A DNA stretch of 64,000 nt from Balanoglossus misakiensis. Lineage: Eukaryota; Animalia; Hemichordata. Made by a program: the position numbers and the translations under genes. Location: the NCBI GenBank assembly GCA_040954595.2, contig CM082592.2, positions 1,116,001-1,180,000 of the forward strand. The letters are read 5' to 3'. Shown one piece after another: positions 1 to 12,400 of this stretch (positions within the stretch are counted from its first letter, which is position 1; every line of letters begins with the position of its first letter). A model generated the notes under the pieces. That model was given only the letters and a program-made list of their open reading frames with translations. It did no database searches and had not been told where the DNA came from.

Positions 1-1443
1 CTCAGACTCCTCTATTTTACCCATTTTGACTTGTTGTATTAATGCTATGATTGTTCATGGTTACCTGCCAACTGAGGCTATCAAAGTTATTTTAGTTCCA
101 ATTATTAAGGATAAAACTAAGCTTTGTAGTGATGCCAGTAACTACCGGCCGATAGCACTAGCAACTGTTTTCTCTAAAGTTTTTGAGCATATTTTACTTT
201 CTCGTTGTGAGGAGTTTCTTACCTCTCATTATTTACAATTTGGTTTCAAGCGAGAACATTCAACTGACCTGTGTTTATTTGCATTTAAAGAAATCATTAG
301 CTACTACACCAGCAAAGGAGGACCAGTGTTTACTTGTTTTCTGGATGCTTCAAAAGCTTTTGACAGAGTTAATAACTTTAAACTGGTTAACAAGCTCATC
401 GACAGGAATGTTCCCTTGTATGCTGTTCGAATTTTATATTACTGGTACAGAAATCAATTGTTTACTGTGTTGTGGGGTAATGAAACCTCAGATTTGTTTT
501 CTGTTTCTAACGGTGTAAGACAAGGGGGAGTACTCTCTCCCTATCTTTTTAATGTCTACATTGATGATCTTATCAATGCACTCTGTAAAGCCAAAGTTGG
601 CTGTACCATGTGTGGTGTCAGCGCTAACACTTTAGGTTACGCTGACGACATGACTCTACTCAGTCCAAGTGTTAAGGGTCTACGCCGTCTTCTTAGAATT
701 TGTGAAATTTATGGCAAGGATTATGATATCATTTATAATTCTAGTAAAACTGTGTGCATGCTTTTTAATGGGAAGAATTTGAGAGTTCAAAGAATTCCTT
801 CGGTTAAACTTAATGACATCACTTTGAAGTTTGTACCTGTACACACCTATCTGGGCCAGCAATATCTTGTGATGGTTGTGATAATGAAGATATTGAACGA
901 CAGAGAAGAGCATTTTGCGTTAGAGCAAACATGCTATTGAGACATTTTAAACATTGTAGTCAAGATGTGAAGAAAGTTTTATTTTTGGCATATTGTAGTA
1001 ATATTTACTGTTGCAGTTTGTGGACATCCTTTAAAGTTAAACCGATGAAAAAATTTAAAACTATGTACAATAATGTTTGGAGAAGACTTCTCGGTCTTCC
1101 GCCATTTTGCAGTGCATCGGGTATGTTTGCTACAAACCATGTATTGTCACTTGGTGAAGTTTTTAGACGCAATATGTACAGTTTTAAGCGTAGACTCGAA
1201 AATTCTTCTAATGTTTTACTTGATGCGATCTGTTCATCAGATAGAGCGACTGACAGCATATTTTTCAAACATTGGCGAAAGCAATTGTATATCATGTAAT
1301 TTTGCAGAGTTTGTTTTGTGTGTGTGTGTGTGTCTCAGTTTCAGATTTTCCAGAGTATTTTCATTAGTGTTTTTTTTTTCCTTCTCTCTTTTGGGTATAT
1401 GGACTTTTTTTTAAGTCTGAAATAAAGTATTATTATTATTATA
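1..1443 (+). mobile_element. 3' portion of a non-LTR retrotransposon (LINE); RT signature reminiscent of RTE-group/Proto2-like elements (clade tentative)
   Basis: The RT-coding frame is open from the window edge. A short 3' UTR with a (TG)n run follows, then AATAAA at 1421-1426 and a (TAT)n tail to ~1443. Confidence 0.93.
2..1299 (+). pseudogene. LINE ORF2 reverse transcriptase and C-terminal region, 5'-truncated by the window, with one apparent 1-nt frameshift at ~858-860
   Basis: Motifs NYRPIAL, QFGFK, FLDASKAFD, GVRQGGVLSPYLF, YADD and YLG are in ORF 26..940. After TAT CTG GGC CA the homologous-looking sequence continues in another frame (AISCDGCDNEDIERQRRAFCVRAN-MLLRHF...) into ORF 931..1299. 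Confidence 0.9.
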
Positions 1444-1546
1444 ACCCTGGACAGACCCTGGATCTCGGCACTACCCACCCTACCCACTCATACTACCAGT
1501 TGTAAAAGTACCAGAATCATGATTTTTGTGCACATGGGTATCACAG

Positions 1547-3085
1547 ACGCCAGGACTTGCCCCAAATATTTCGGTAATTTTAGCAATGACCTTTGACCTA
1601 CTTTTAACACATTATTTCTCTGCAAATGTAATTCTAGGCTTACCTTTATGTCTACAAGTTTGATTATTGATGCATGTGCATCAGTATGGGACTAAAATTT
1701 TATGGTGAATTTTGCGACCCCCTTGACCTCTGCTCACATCATTAAATATGTACATACTTAACCCAGTGCTTTTGCTTTAAACTTGTATCTATGGTAACCA
1801 CATTATCAGCAGTGAATGCCACAATTGTAAACCAATGACAGTTTTAATATCAAGCAATCTATGGAATTAAATGTAAACAAAGGGTATTGTGTCTTTGCTG
1901 GGTACATACATACAGACAGACACACAATTCATAAAAAACATACATACTAACTTGCACTGTACACATATTACACACATACTCAAACACAGGAGTAGAGAAC
2001 TCTTTTGTTTTCATCATCCCCACCAGGAATCGAACCTAGATCCCTTATCACAAAGTGACAAGTGTGTTAACCATTACACCATGGGGATTTTTTATGTCCA
2101 CTCACTCCCAAGACACACTCCAATTGCACATTCACTGATTCACACATTCAACTTATCTAACACACCAGTTTCTTTATTTCAAAAACAACAAAAATCATCA
2201 ATGGATGTGAGAAATAACAGTCTCACGAATTTCAAACATGATATATCTCAACATCCACAGCAGTAAGAGCCTTGGTATATGGTAGAATTGAACAACCAAT
2301 GCAGTCTTATACATTACCTCATTAATCATATACTTACCAAATTCTAGGCTAACCAATATTGCTAGAAGTCTGAATTTACTTGGACGTGAACCAATGTGAT
2401 CTACACAATTTTCTGGTAAAACTTTTCGTAACCTTGCGGTATCCTTTCAACTAATTTCATCAGTACAATATACACAACATTGTTATTTGGTGAGTATAAC
2501 AGCTGCCAGGACTTGCCCCAAATATTTCGGTAATTTTGACAATGACCTTTGACCTACTTTTGACACATTGTTTTCCTGTATATCTAATTCCTGGCTAACA
2601 CATACGGCTAGAAGTTTGATTTATGATGCATGTGGACCAGTATGGGATCAAAATTTTTTGCCCAAATGTTGGTTGACCTCTGGTGACCTTTGACCTACTT
2701 TCGCATATCTCAGCATCCAGAGCAGATACAGCCATGGCATTTTGTAGGATGGGACCAAAATGTAAAGCCACATTTTTGGGTCAACTGTGACACCTGCTGA
2801 CCTCATTAAATATGCACAAACCTAATTACAGGCGAACCAATAGAGCTACAGTTTTGGTTTTTGTTGGACATGGACCAGTATGGGTAAAAAAAAATTGCCC
2901 AAATGCTGGGTGACCTCAGATGACCTTTGACCTACTTCACCCTATTTCAGCAGCAAAAATACACACATCCTTGTTTTGTCATGAGATAATACATCCGATA
3001 GAAAATTCTGTTTCTTCTCATTCATACTGTGCATATATAATTCAAGATCAGCGCTTGGGCCCGACAATGCTGCTCGCAGCTTTAA
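1547..3085 (+). mobile_element. Headless, older/divergent copy of the Helentron-like family with unique internal filler, ending in a B-type 3' terminus
   Basis: The block GCCAGGACTTGCCCCAAATATTTCGGTAATTTT..CAATGACCTTTGACCTACTTTT occurs at both ~1548 and ~2506. Internal ~120 bp repeats run 2520-2940. The 3' end GCTTGGGCCC-GACAAT-GCTGCTCGCAGC-TTTAA is at ~3053-3085. Confidence 0.6.
2015..2088 (-). tRNA. tRNA-like sequence (tRNA-Gln-like D arm) with a non-canonical anticodon arm; pseudo-tRNA or SINE head
   Basis: The minus strand reads ATCCCCA-TG-GTGT-AATGGTTA-ACAC-A-CTTGT-CACTTTGTG-ATAAG-GGAT-CTAGG-TTCGATT-CCTGG-TGGGGAT-G. This gives a perfect 7-bp acceptor stem, D stem, T stem, A box TGGTGTAATGG and B box GGTTCGATTCC. 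The anticodon loop is 9 nt. Confidence 0.6.
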
Positions 3086-3086
3086 T

Positions 3087-3392
3087 TACGGGCCCAAGCC
3101 AAGCCAGGCTTGGGCCCGTATTGGTTTCGTTGGGGTTTTTACGGGCCCAAGCCAAGCCAGGCTTGGGCCCGTATTGGTTTCGCTGGGGTTTTTAGGGCCC
3201 AAGCGCAAGCAAGCGCTTGGGCCCTATTGGTTTCGTTGGAATTTTTCTTTCTTGCTTGCTTTCTTTCTTTCTTTCTTTCTTTCTTAGGGCCCAAGCGCAC
3301 GCAAGCGCTTGGGCCCTATTGGTTTCGTTGGAATTTTTAGGGCCCAAGCGCAAGCCAGCGCTTGGGCCCTATTGGTTTCGTTGGGGTTTTTC
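3087..3392 (+). repeat. Stack of 5 element 5' heads (34-nt hairpin plus TTGGTTTCGTTGG(GG/AA)TTTTT)
   Basis: Hairpins start at ~3087, 3140, 3193, 3285 and 3338, e.g. TAGGGCCCAAGCGC-AAGCCA-GCGCTTGGGCCCTA. Confidence 0.9.
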
Positions 3393-6300
3393 TTTCTTCT
3401 TTCTTTCTTTATTCTTGTGTCAATTCTTTGTCGCTCTAGATCTCAGACACCACTGCAGGTACACTTCTGAAACTTGCTACAGTGGTCAAGGTCAATGAGT
3501 AGTCGTGCATTGAACTCTTGAATTTTTAATTAGTCACGTGACATGGCGGCCATATTGGATTTTCTGAAAAAATGCAAATCTCAGATCTCAGAAACTACAA
3601 GTCAGATTTACTTCAGATTTGGTGTGCTGGTAGTGTACCTTCTGCCCATCATTTTTGTAATTGGATATTTTGCTGTCAATGTTGCAGTTTTTTTGCTACA
3701 GTTGTTTTTCTGAAATCTGGCTTAAATTTCAAAAATCTTCTTCTCCAGAACCGGCGATAACCGAGTCACGCGGTTTGGGGTATGTGGTCACCAAGCTGAG
3801 GTCTATCAAGTTTGCGAAGATCATTGTGATTGGTCGAAGATTTTGGCGGCCATATTGGATTTTAAAAAAACCCTAGTAAAATTTCAAAAATCTTCTTCTC
3901 AAGAACCGGCGATAACTGAGTCACAAGATTTGGTGTGTTTGGTCATTAAACAGATGTCTATCAAGTTTGCGAAGAGGAATGTGATTGGTCGAAGATTATG
4001 GCGGCCATACTGGATTTTGTGAAAAACGATTAAAAAGTAAAAATTCCCTTTCTAGCCTAAAAATTGATAGCACAAAAATTCTTTTTACGGATATGAATCA
4101 TCATATGCCAAGAATAAGCTATAAATATTTTGGTAATTTTGGCAATGACCTTTGACCTACTTTTGACACATCGTTTTTTCTGCATATCTAATTCCAGGCT
4201 AACCTATAGGGCTATCATTTTGGTTTTTGATGTATGTGGATTTGTATGTGATCAAAAAATTTCGCTACTTTTCATGACCCCTTTGACCTCTGCTGACCTC
4301 ATTAAATATGCACATACCTAATTACAGATGAACCAATAGACCTAGAGGTTTGGTTTTTGTTGGACATGGACCAGTATTGGGTCAAAATTTGTTGCCCAAA
4401 TGTTGGGTGACCTCGGGTGACCTTTGACCTACTTTTGCATATCTCGACATCCACAGCAGATACAGCCTTGGCGTTTGGAGGTATGGGGCCATAATGAAAA
4501 GCCAAAATTTTGGGTCATCTGTGACACCTGCTTAACTCATTATTTATGTGCATACCTAATTCCAGGCTAACCAAAAGGGCTAGAGGTCTGGTTTTTGTTG
4601 GACATGGACCACTATTGGTCAAAATTTTCTGCCCAAATTTTGGGTGACCTCAGATGACCTTTGACCTACTTTTGCATATCTCGGCATCCAAAGCAGGTAC
4701 AGCCTTGGCATTTGGAGATATGGGGCCATAATGAAAAGCCAAAGTTTTGGGTCACCAGTGACACCTGCTTAACTCATCATTTATGTGCATACCTAATTCC
4801 GGGCTAACCAAAAGGGCTAGAGGTCTGTTTTTGTTGGACATGGACCACTATGGGTAAAATTTTCTGCCCAAATTGTGGGTGACCTCTGGGAGACCTTTGA
4901 CCTACGTAACACTATATCAGCACCAAACATACATATAACCTTGATATTTCATGGGATAAAACACAGCATTATGTTTCTACTCATTAATTATGTGCATATC
5001 TAATAATCAGATCAGATAATAGAGCTTGGGCCCGGACAATGCTGCTTGCAGCTTTAATTCTTTCTTTCTTTCTTTCTTTATTCTTGTGTCAATTCTTTGG
5101 GCAACGAGATCTCAGACACCGCTGCAGGTACACTTCTCAAACTTGCTACAGTGGTCAAGGTCAATGAGTAGATGTGCAGTGACTTGTGAATACTTAATTA
5201 GTCACGTGACCTGGCGGCCATATTGGATTTTCTGAAAAAAATCAAATCTCAGATCTCAGAAACTACAAGTCAGATCGACTTCAAATTTGGCATGCAGGTA
5301 GACTACCTTCTACCCATCATTTGTGTAATTGGAAATTTTGCTGTCAATGTTGCAGTTTTTTTGCTACAGTTGTTTTTCTCAAATCTGGCTTAAATTTCAA
5401 AAATCTTCTTCTCCAGAACCAGTGATAACCGAGACACGGGGTTTGGGGTATGTGGTCACCTAACTGATGTCTATCAAGTTTGCGAAGATCATTGTGATTA
5501 GTTGAAGATTATGGCGGCCATATTGGATTTTCGAAAAACCATAGTAAAACTGCAAAAATCTTCTTCTCCAGAACGACCGATGACTGAGTCGCAAGATTCG
5601 GGGAGTATGGTCACTACACTGATGTCTATCAAGTTTGCAAAGAGCATTGTGATTGGTCGAAGATTATGGCGGCCATATTGGATTTTGTAAAAAGCAGTGA
5701 CAAATTGAAATTCCTTTTTCTAGTCTAAAAATTGATAGCATACAAATTCTTTTTATGGATATCAGTCGTCATGTGACTAAAATATGCTACAATTTTTTGG
5801 TGATTTTTCACATGACCTTTGACCTACTTATCATGCGTTATTATTTCTGCATATCTAATTCCAGGCTAACCTATAGGGCTAGAGGTTTGGTTTTTGATGA
5901 ATGTGGATTAGTGTGTGATCAAAATATTTTGCTACTTTTCATGACCCCTTTGACCTCTGCTGACCTCATTAATTATGTGCATAGCTAATTTCAGGCGAAC
6001 CAATAGAGCTAGAGGTTTGATTTTTGTTGGACATGGACCAGTATGGGATCAAAATTTTTGCCCAAATTTTGGGTGACCTCTGGTGACCTTTGACCTACTT
6101 TCGCATATCTCAGCATCCAGAGCAGATACAGCCATGGCATTTGGCAGGATGGGACCAAAATGTAAAGCACATTTTTTGGTCACCTGTTACACCTGCTGAC
6201 CTCATTAAATATGCACATACCTAATTACAGGCGAACCAATAGAGCTAGAGTTTTGGTTTTTGTTGGACATGGACCAGTATGGGTAAAAAAAAAATTGCCC

Positions 6301-7925
6301 AAATGTTGGGTGACCTCAGGTGACCTTTGACCTACTTCACCCTATTTCAGCAGCAAAAATACATACGTCCTTGTTTTGTCATGAGATAATACACCCGATA
6401 GAAAATTATATTTCTTCTCATTCATACTGTGCATATATAATTCGAGATCAGCGCTTGGGCCCGACAATGCTGCTTGCAGCTTTAATTCTTTCTTTCTTTC
6501 TTCTTTCTTTATTCTTGTGTCAATTCTTTGTCGCTCTAGATCTCAGACACCACTGCAGGTACACTTCTGAAACTTGCTACAGTGGTCAAGGTCAATGAGT
6601 AGTCGTGCATTGAACCCTTGAATTTCTAATTAGTCACATGACCTGGCAGCCATCTTGGATTTTCTGAAAATATGCAAATCTCAGATCTCAGAAACTACAA
6701 GTCAGATCGACTTCAAATTTGGCGTGCAGGTAGACTACCTTCTGCTTATCATTTTTGTAATTGGAAATTATGCTGAAAAAGTTGCAGTTTTTTTGCTACA
6801 ATTTTTTTTCTGAAATCTGGCTTAAATTTCAAAAATCTTCTTCTCCAGAACCGGTGATAACCGAGACACTGGGTTTGGGGTATGTGGTCACCAAACTGAG
6901 GTCTATCAAGTTTGCGAAGATCATTGTGATTGGTCGAAGATTATGGCGGCCATATTGGATTTTCGAAAAACCCTAGTAAAATTTCAAAAATCTTCTTCTC
7001 AAGAACCAGCGATAACCGAGTCACAAGATTTGGGGAGTATGGTCACTACACTGATGTCTATCAAGTTTGCGAAGATCATTGTGATTGGTCGAAGATTTTG
7101 GCGGCCATATTGGATTTTGTGAACAACGATTAAAAAGTAAAAATTCCCTTTCTAGCCTAAAAATTGATAGCACAGAAATTCTTTTTATGGATATGAATCA
7201 TCATATGCCAAGAATAAGCTGTAAATATTTTGGTAATTTTGGCAATGACCTTTGACCTACTTTTGACGCATCATTTTTCTGCATATCTAATTCCTGGCTA
7301 ACCAATAGGGCTATAAGTTTGGTTTTTGATGTATGTGGATTTGTATGTGATCAACAAATTTTGCTACTTTTCATGACCCCTTTGACCTCTGCTGACCTCA
7401 TTAAATATGCACATACCTAATTACAGATGAACCAATAGACCTAGAGGTTTTGTTTTTGTTATACATGGACCACTATGGGTCAAAATTTTCTACCCAAATT
7501 TTGGGTGACCTCAGATGACCTTTGACCTACTTTTGCATATCTCAGCATCCAAAGCAGGTACAACCTCGGCGTTTGGAGGTATGGGGCCATAATGAAAAGC
7601 CAAAGTTGTGGGGTCACCTGTGACACCTGCTTTACGCATTATTTATGTGAATACCTAATTCCGGGTTAACCAAAAGGGCTAGAGGTCTGGTTTTTGTTGG
7701 ACATTGACCACTATGGGTCAAAATATTCTGCCCAAATTGTGGGTGACCCCTGGGTGACCTTTGACCTACTTAACACTATATCAGCACCAAACATAGATAT
7801 AACCTTGATATTTCATGGGATAAAACACTGCATTATGTTTCTACTCATTAATTATGTGCATATCTAATAATCAGATCAGATAATAGAGCTTGGGCCCGGA
7901 CAATGCTGCTTGCAGCTTTAATTAT

Positions 7926-8222
7926 TAGGGCCCAAGCGCAAGCCAGCGCTTGGGCCCTATTGGTTTCGTTGGGGTTTTTAGGGCCCAAGCGCAAGCAAGC
8001 GCTTGGGCCCTATTGGTTTCGTTGGAATTTTTAGGGCCCAAGCGCAAGCCAGCGCTTGGGCCCTATTGGTTTCGTTGGGGTTTTTTAGGGCCCAAGCGCA
8101 AGCCAGCGCTTGGGCCCTATTGGTTTCGTTGGGGTTTTTCTGTCTTTCCTTCTTTCTTCTTTCTTCTTTAGGGCCCAAGCGCATACCAGCGCTTGGGCCC
8201 TATTGGTTTCGTTGGGGTTTTT
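7926..8222 (+). repeat. Stack of 5 element 5' heads
   Basis: Hairpins start at ~7926, 7979, 8032, 8086 and 8169. Confidence 0.9.
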
Positions 8223-9352
8223 CTGTCTTTCCTTCTTTCTTCTTTCTTTCTTTATTCTTGTGTCAATTCTTTGTCGCTCTAGATCTCAGACACCGCTGCA
8301 GGTACACTTCTCAAACTTGCTACAGTGGTCAAGGTCAATGAGTAGTCGTGCATTGAACCCTTGAATTTTTAATTAGTCACGTGACCTGGCGGCCATATTG
8401 GATTTTCTGAAAAAATGCAAATCTCAGATCTCAGAAACTACAAGTCAGATCGACTTCAAATTTGGTGTGTAGGTAGTCTACCTTCTACCCATCATTTTTG
8501 TAATTGGATATTTTGCTGTAAATGTTGCAGTTTTTTTGCTACAATTTTTTTTCTGAAATCTGGCTTAAATTTCAAAAATCTTCTTCTCCAGAACCTGTGA
8601 TAACTGAGTCACGCGGTTTGGAGTATGTGGTCACCTAACTGATGTCTATCAAGTTTGCGAAGATCATTGTGATTGGTCGAAGATTATGGCGGCCATATTG
8701 GATTTTCGAAAAACCATAGTAAAACTTCAAAAATCTTCTTCTCAAGAATGGGCGATAACCGAGTCACAAGATTTGGTGTGTGTGGTCATTAAACAGATGT
8801 CTATCAAGTTTGCGAAGGGGAATGTGATTGGTCAAAGATTATGGCGGCCATATTGGATTTTGTGAAAAACGATTAAAAAGTAAAAATTCCTTTTCTAGCC
8901 TAAAAATTGATAGCACAGAAATTCTTTTTATGGATATGAATCATCATATGACAAGAATAAGCTATAAATATTTTGGTAATTTTGGCAATGACCTTTGACC
9001 TACTTTTGACGCATCATTTTTCTGCATATCTAATTGCAGGCTAACCAATAGGGCTATAAGTTTGGTTTTTGATGTATGTGGATTTGTATGTGATCAAAAA
9101 ATTTTGCTACTTTTCATGACCCCTTTGACCTCTGCTGACCTCATAAAATATGCACATACCTAATTACAGATGAACCAATAGACCTAGAGGTTTTGTTTTT
9201 GTTATACATGGACCAGTATGGGGTCAAAATATTTTGCCCAAAATTTTGGGTGACCTCGGGTGACCTTTGACCTACTTAACACTATATCAGCATCAGATCA
9301 GATAATAGAGCTTGGGCCCGGACAATGCTGCTTGCAGCTTTAATTCTGTCTT

Positions 9353-9460
9353 TAGGGCCCAAGCGCAAGCCAGCGCTTGGGCCCTATTGGTTTCGTTGGG
9401 GTTTTTTAGGGCCCAAGCGCATACCAGCGCTTGGGCCCTATTGGTTTCGTTGGGGTTTTT
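9353..9460 (+). repeat. Stack of 2 element 5' heads
   Basis: Hairpins start at ~9353 and 9407. Confidence 0.9.
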
Positions 9461-12400
9461 CTGTCTTTCTTTCTTTCTTTCTTTTTTCTTGTGTCAATTC
9501 TTTGTCGCTCTAGATCTCAGACACCGCTGCAGGTACACTTCTGAAACTTGCTACAGTGGTCAAGGTCAATGAGTAGTCGTGCATTGAACCCTTGAATTTT
9601 TAATTAGTCACGTGACCTGGCGGCCATATTGGATTTTCTGGAAAAATGCAAATCTCAGATCTCAGAAACTACAAGTCATATCGACTTCAAATTTGGTGTG
9701 CAGGTAGTCTAACTTCTACCCATCATTTTTGTAATTGGATATTTTGCTGTAAATGTTGCAGTTTTTTTGCTACAATTTTTTTTCTGAAATCTGGCTTAAA
9801 TTTCAAAAATCTTCTTCTCCAGAACCGGTGATAACTGAGTCACGCGGTTTGGGGTATGCGGTCACCTAACTGATGTCTATCAAGTTTGCGAAGATCATTG
9901 TGATTGGTCGAAGATTATGGCGGCCATATTGGATTTTCGAAAAACCATAGTAAAACTTCAAAAATCTTCTTCTCAAGAACGGGCGATAACCGAGTCACAA
10001 GATTTGGTGTGTGTGGTCATTAAACAGATGTCTATCAAGTTTGCGAAGAAAAATGTGATTGGTCGAAGATTATGGCGGCCATATTGGATTTTGTGAAAAA
10101 CGATTAAAAAGTATAAATTCCTTTTCTACCCTAAAAATTGATAGCACAGAAATTCTTTTTATGGATATGAATAATCATATGCCAAGAATAAGCTATAAAT
10201 ATTTTTGTAATTTTGGCAATGACCTTTGACCTACTTTTGACGCATCATTTTTCTGCATATCTTATTCCAGGCTAACCAATAGGGCTATAAGTTTGGTTTT
10301 TGATGTAAGTGGATTAGTATGTGATCAAAATATTTTGCTACTTTTCACGACCCCTTTGACCCCTGATGACCTCATTATGTGCATAGCTAATTACAGGCGA
10401 ACCAATAGACCTAGAGGTTTTGTTTTTGTTGGGCAGGACCAGTATGGGGTCAAATGTTTTTACCCAAATGTTGGGTGACCTCTGGTGACCTTTGACCTAC
10501 TTTCGCAAATCTCAGCATCCACAGCAGATACAGCCTTGGCGTTTGGAGGTATTGGGCCATAATGAAAAGCCAAAGTTTTGGGTCACCTGTGACACCTGCT
10601 TAACTCATTATTTATGTGCATACCTAATTCCGGGCTAACCAAAAAAGCTAGAGGTCTGGTTTTTGTTGGACATGGACCACTATGGGTCAAAATTTTCTGC
10701 CAAAATTGTGGGTGACCTCTGGGTGACCTTTGACCTACTTAACACTATATCAGCACTAAACATAGATATAATCTTGATATTTCATGGGATAAAACACAAC
10801 ATTATGTTTCTACTCATTAATTATGTGCATATCTAATAATCAGATCAGATAATAGAGCTTGGGCCCGGACAATGCTGCTTGCAGCTTTAATCTTTCTTCT
10901 TTCTTTCTTTCTTTATTCTTGTGTCAATTCTTTGTCGCTCTAGATCTCAGACACCGCTGCAGGTACACTTCTGAAACTTGCTACAGTGGTCAAGGTCAAT
11001 GAGTAGTCGTGCATTGAACCCTTGAATTTTTAATTAGTCACGTGACATGGCGGCCATATTGGATTTTCTGAAAAAATGCAAATCTCAGATCTCAGAAACT
11101 ACAAGTCAGATTTACTTCAGATTTGGTGTGCTGGTAGTGTACCTTCTGCCCATCATTTTTGTAATTGGATATTTTGCTGTCAATGTTGCAGTTTTTTTGC
11201 TACAATTTTTTTTCTGAAATCTGGTCAAAATTTCAAAAATCTTCTTCTCCAGAACCGGCGATAACCGAGTCACGCGGTTTGGGGTATGTGGTCACCAAAC
11301 TGAGGTCTATCAAGTTTGCGAAGATCATTGTGATTGGTCGAAGATTATGGCGGCCATATTGGATTTTCGAAAAACCCTAGTAAAATTTCAAAAATCTTCT
11401 TCTCAAGAACCGGCGATAACTGAGTCACAAGATTTGGTGTGTGTGGTCATTAAACAGATGTCTATCAAGTTTGCGAAGATGAATGTGATTGGTCGAAGAT
11501 TATGGCGGCCATATTGGATTTTGTGAAAAACGATTAAAAAGTAAAAATTCCCTTTCCAGCCTAAAAATTGATAGATCAGAAATTCTTTTTAATGGATATG
11601 AATCATCATATGCCAAGAATAAGCTAAAAATATTTTGGTAATTTTGGCAATGACCTTTGACCTACTTTTGACGCATCATTTTCCTGCATATCTAATTCCA
11701 GGCTAACCAATAGGGCTATAAGTTTGGTTTTTGATGTATGTGGATTTGTATGTGATCAAAAAATTTTGCTACTTTTCATAACCCCTTTGACCTCTGTTGA
11801 CCTCATTAAATATGCACATACCTAATTAATGATGAACCAATAGACCTAGAGGTTTTGTTTTTGTTATACATGGACCAGTATGGGGTCAAAATATTTTGCC
11901 CAAATGTTGGTGACCTCGGGTGACCTTTGACCTACTTAACACTATATTAGCATCAGATCAGATAATAGAGCTTGGGCCCGGACAATGCTGCTTGCAGCTT
12001 TAATTCTTTCTTTCTTCTTTCTTTATTCTTCTGTCATTTCTTTGTCGCTCTAGATCTCAGACACCACTGCAGGTACAGTTCTCAAACTTGCTACAGTGGT
12101 CAAGGTCAATGAGTAGTCGTGCATTGAACCCATGAATTTTTAATTAGTCACATGACCTGGCGGCCATCTTGGATTTTCTGAAAAAATGCAAATCTCAGAT
12201 CTCAGAAACTACAAGTCAGATCGACTTCAAATTTGGCGTGCAGGTAGACTACCTTCTGTCAAACATTTTTGTAATTGGAAATTATGCTGTCAATGTTGCA
12301 GTTTTTTTGCTACAATTTTTTTTCTGAAATCTGGCTTAAATTTCAAAAATCTTCTTCTCTAGAACCGGTGATAACCGAGACACGGGGTTTGGGGTATGTG

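Noticed and set aside
931-1299. Independent 122-aa gene
   Set aside because: It is the frameshifted continuation of the LINE ORF2.
3087-3392. CRISPR-like array of ~53-bp palindromic repeats (also 7926-8222 and 55390-55761)
   Set aside because: The intervening sequences are near-identical rather than unique spacers, there are no cas genes, and the context is eukaryotic with spliceosomal introns. The repeats are better explained as stacked element 5' ends.
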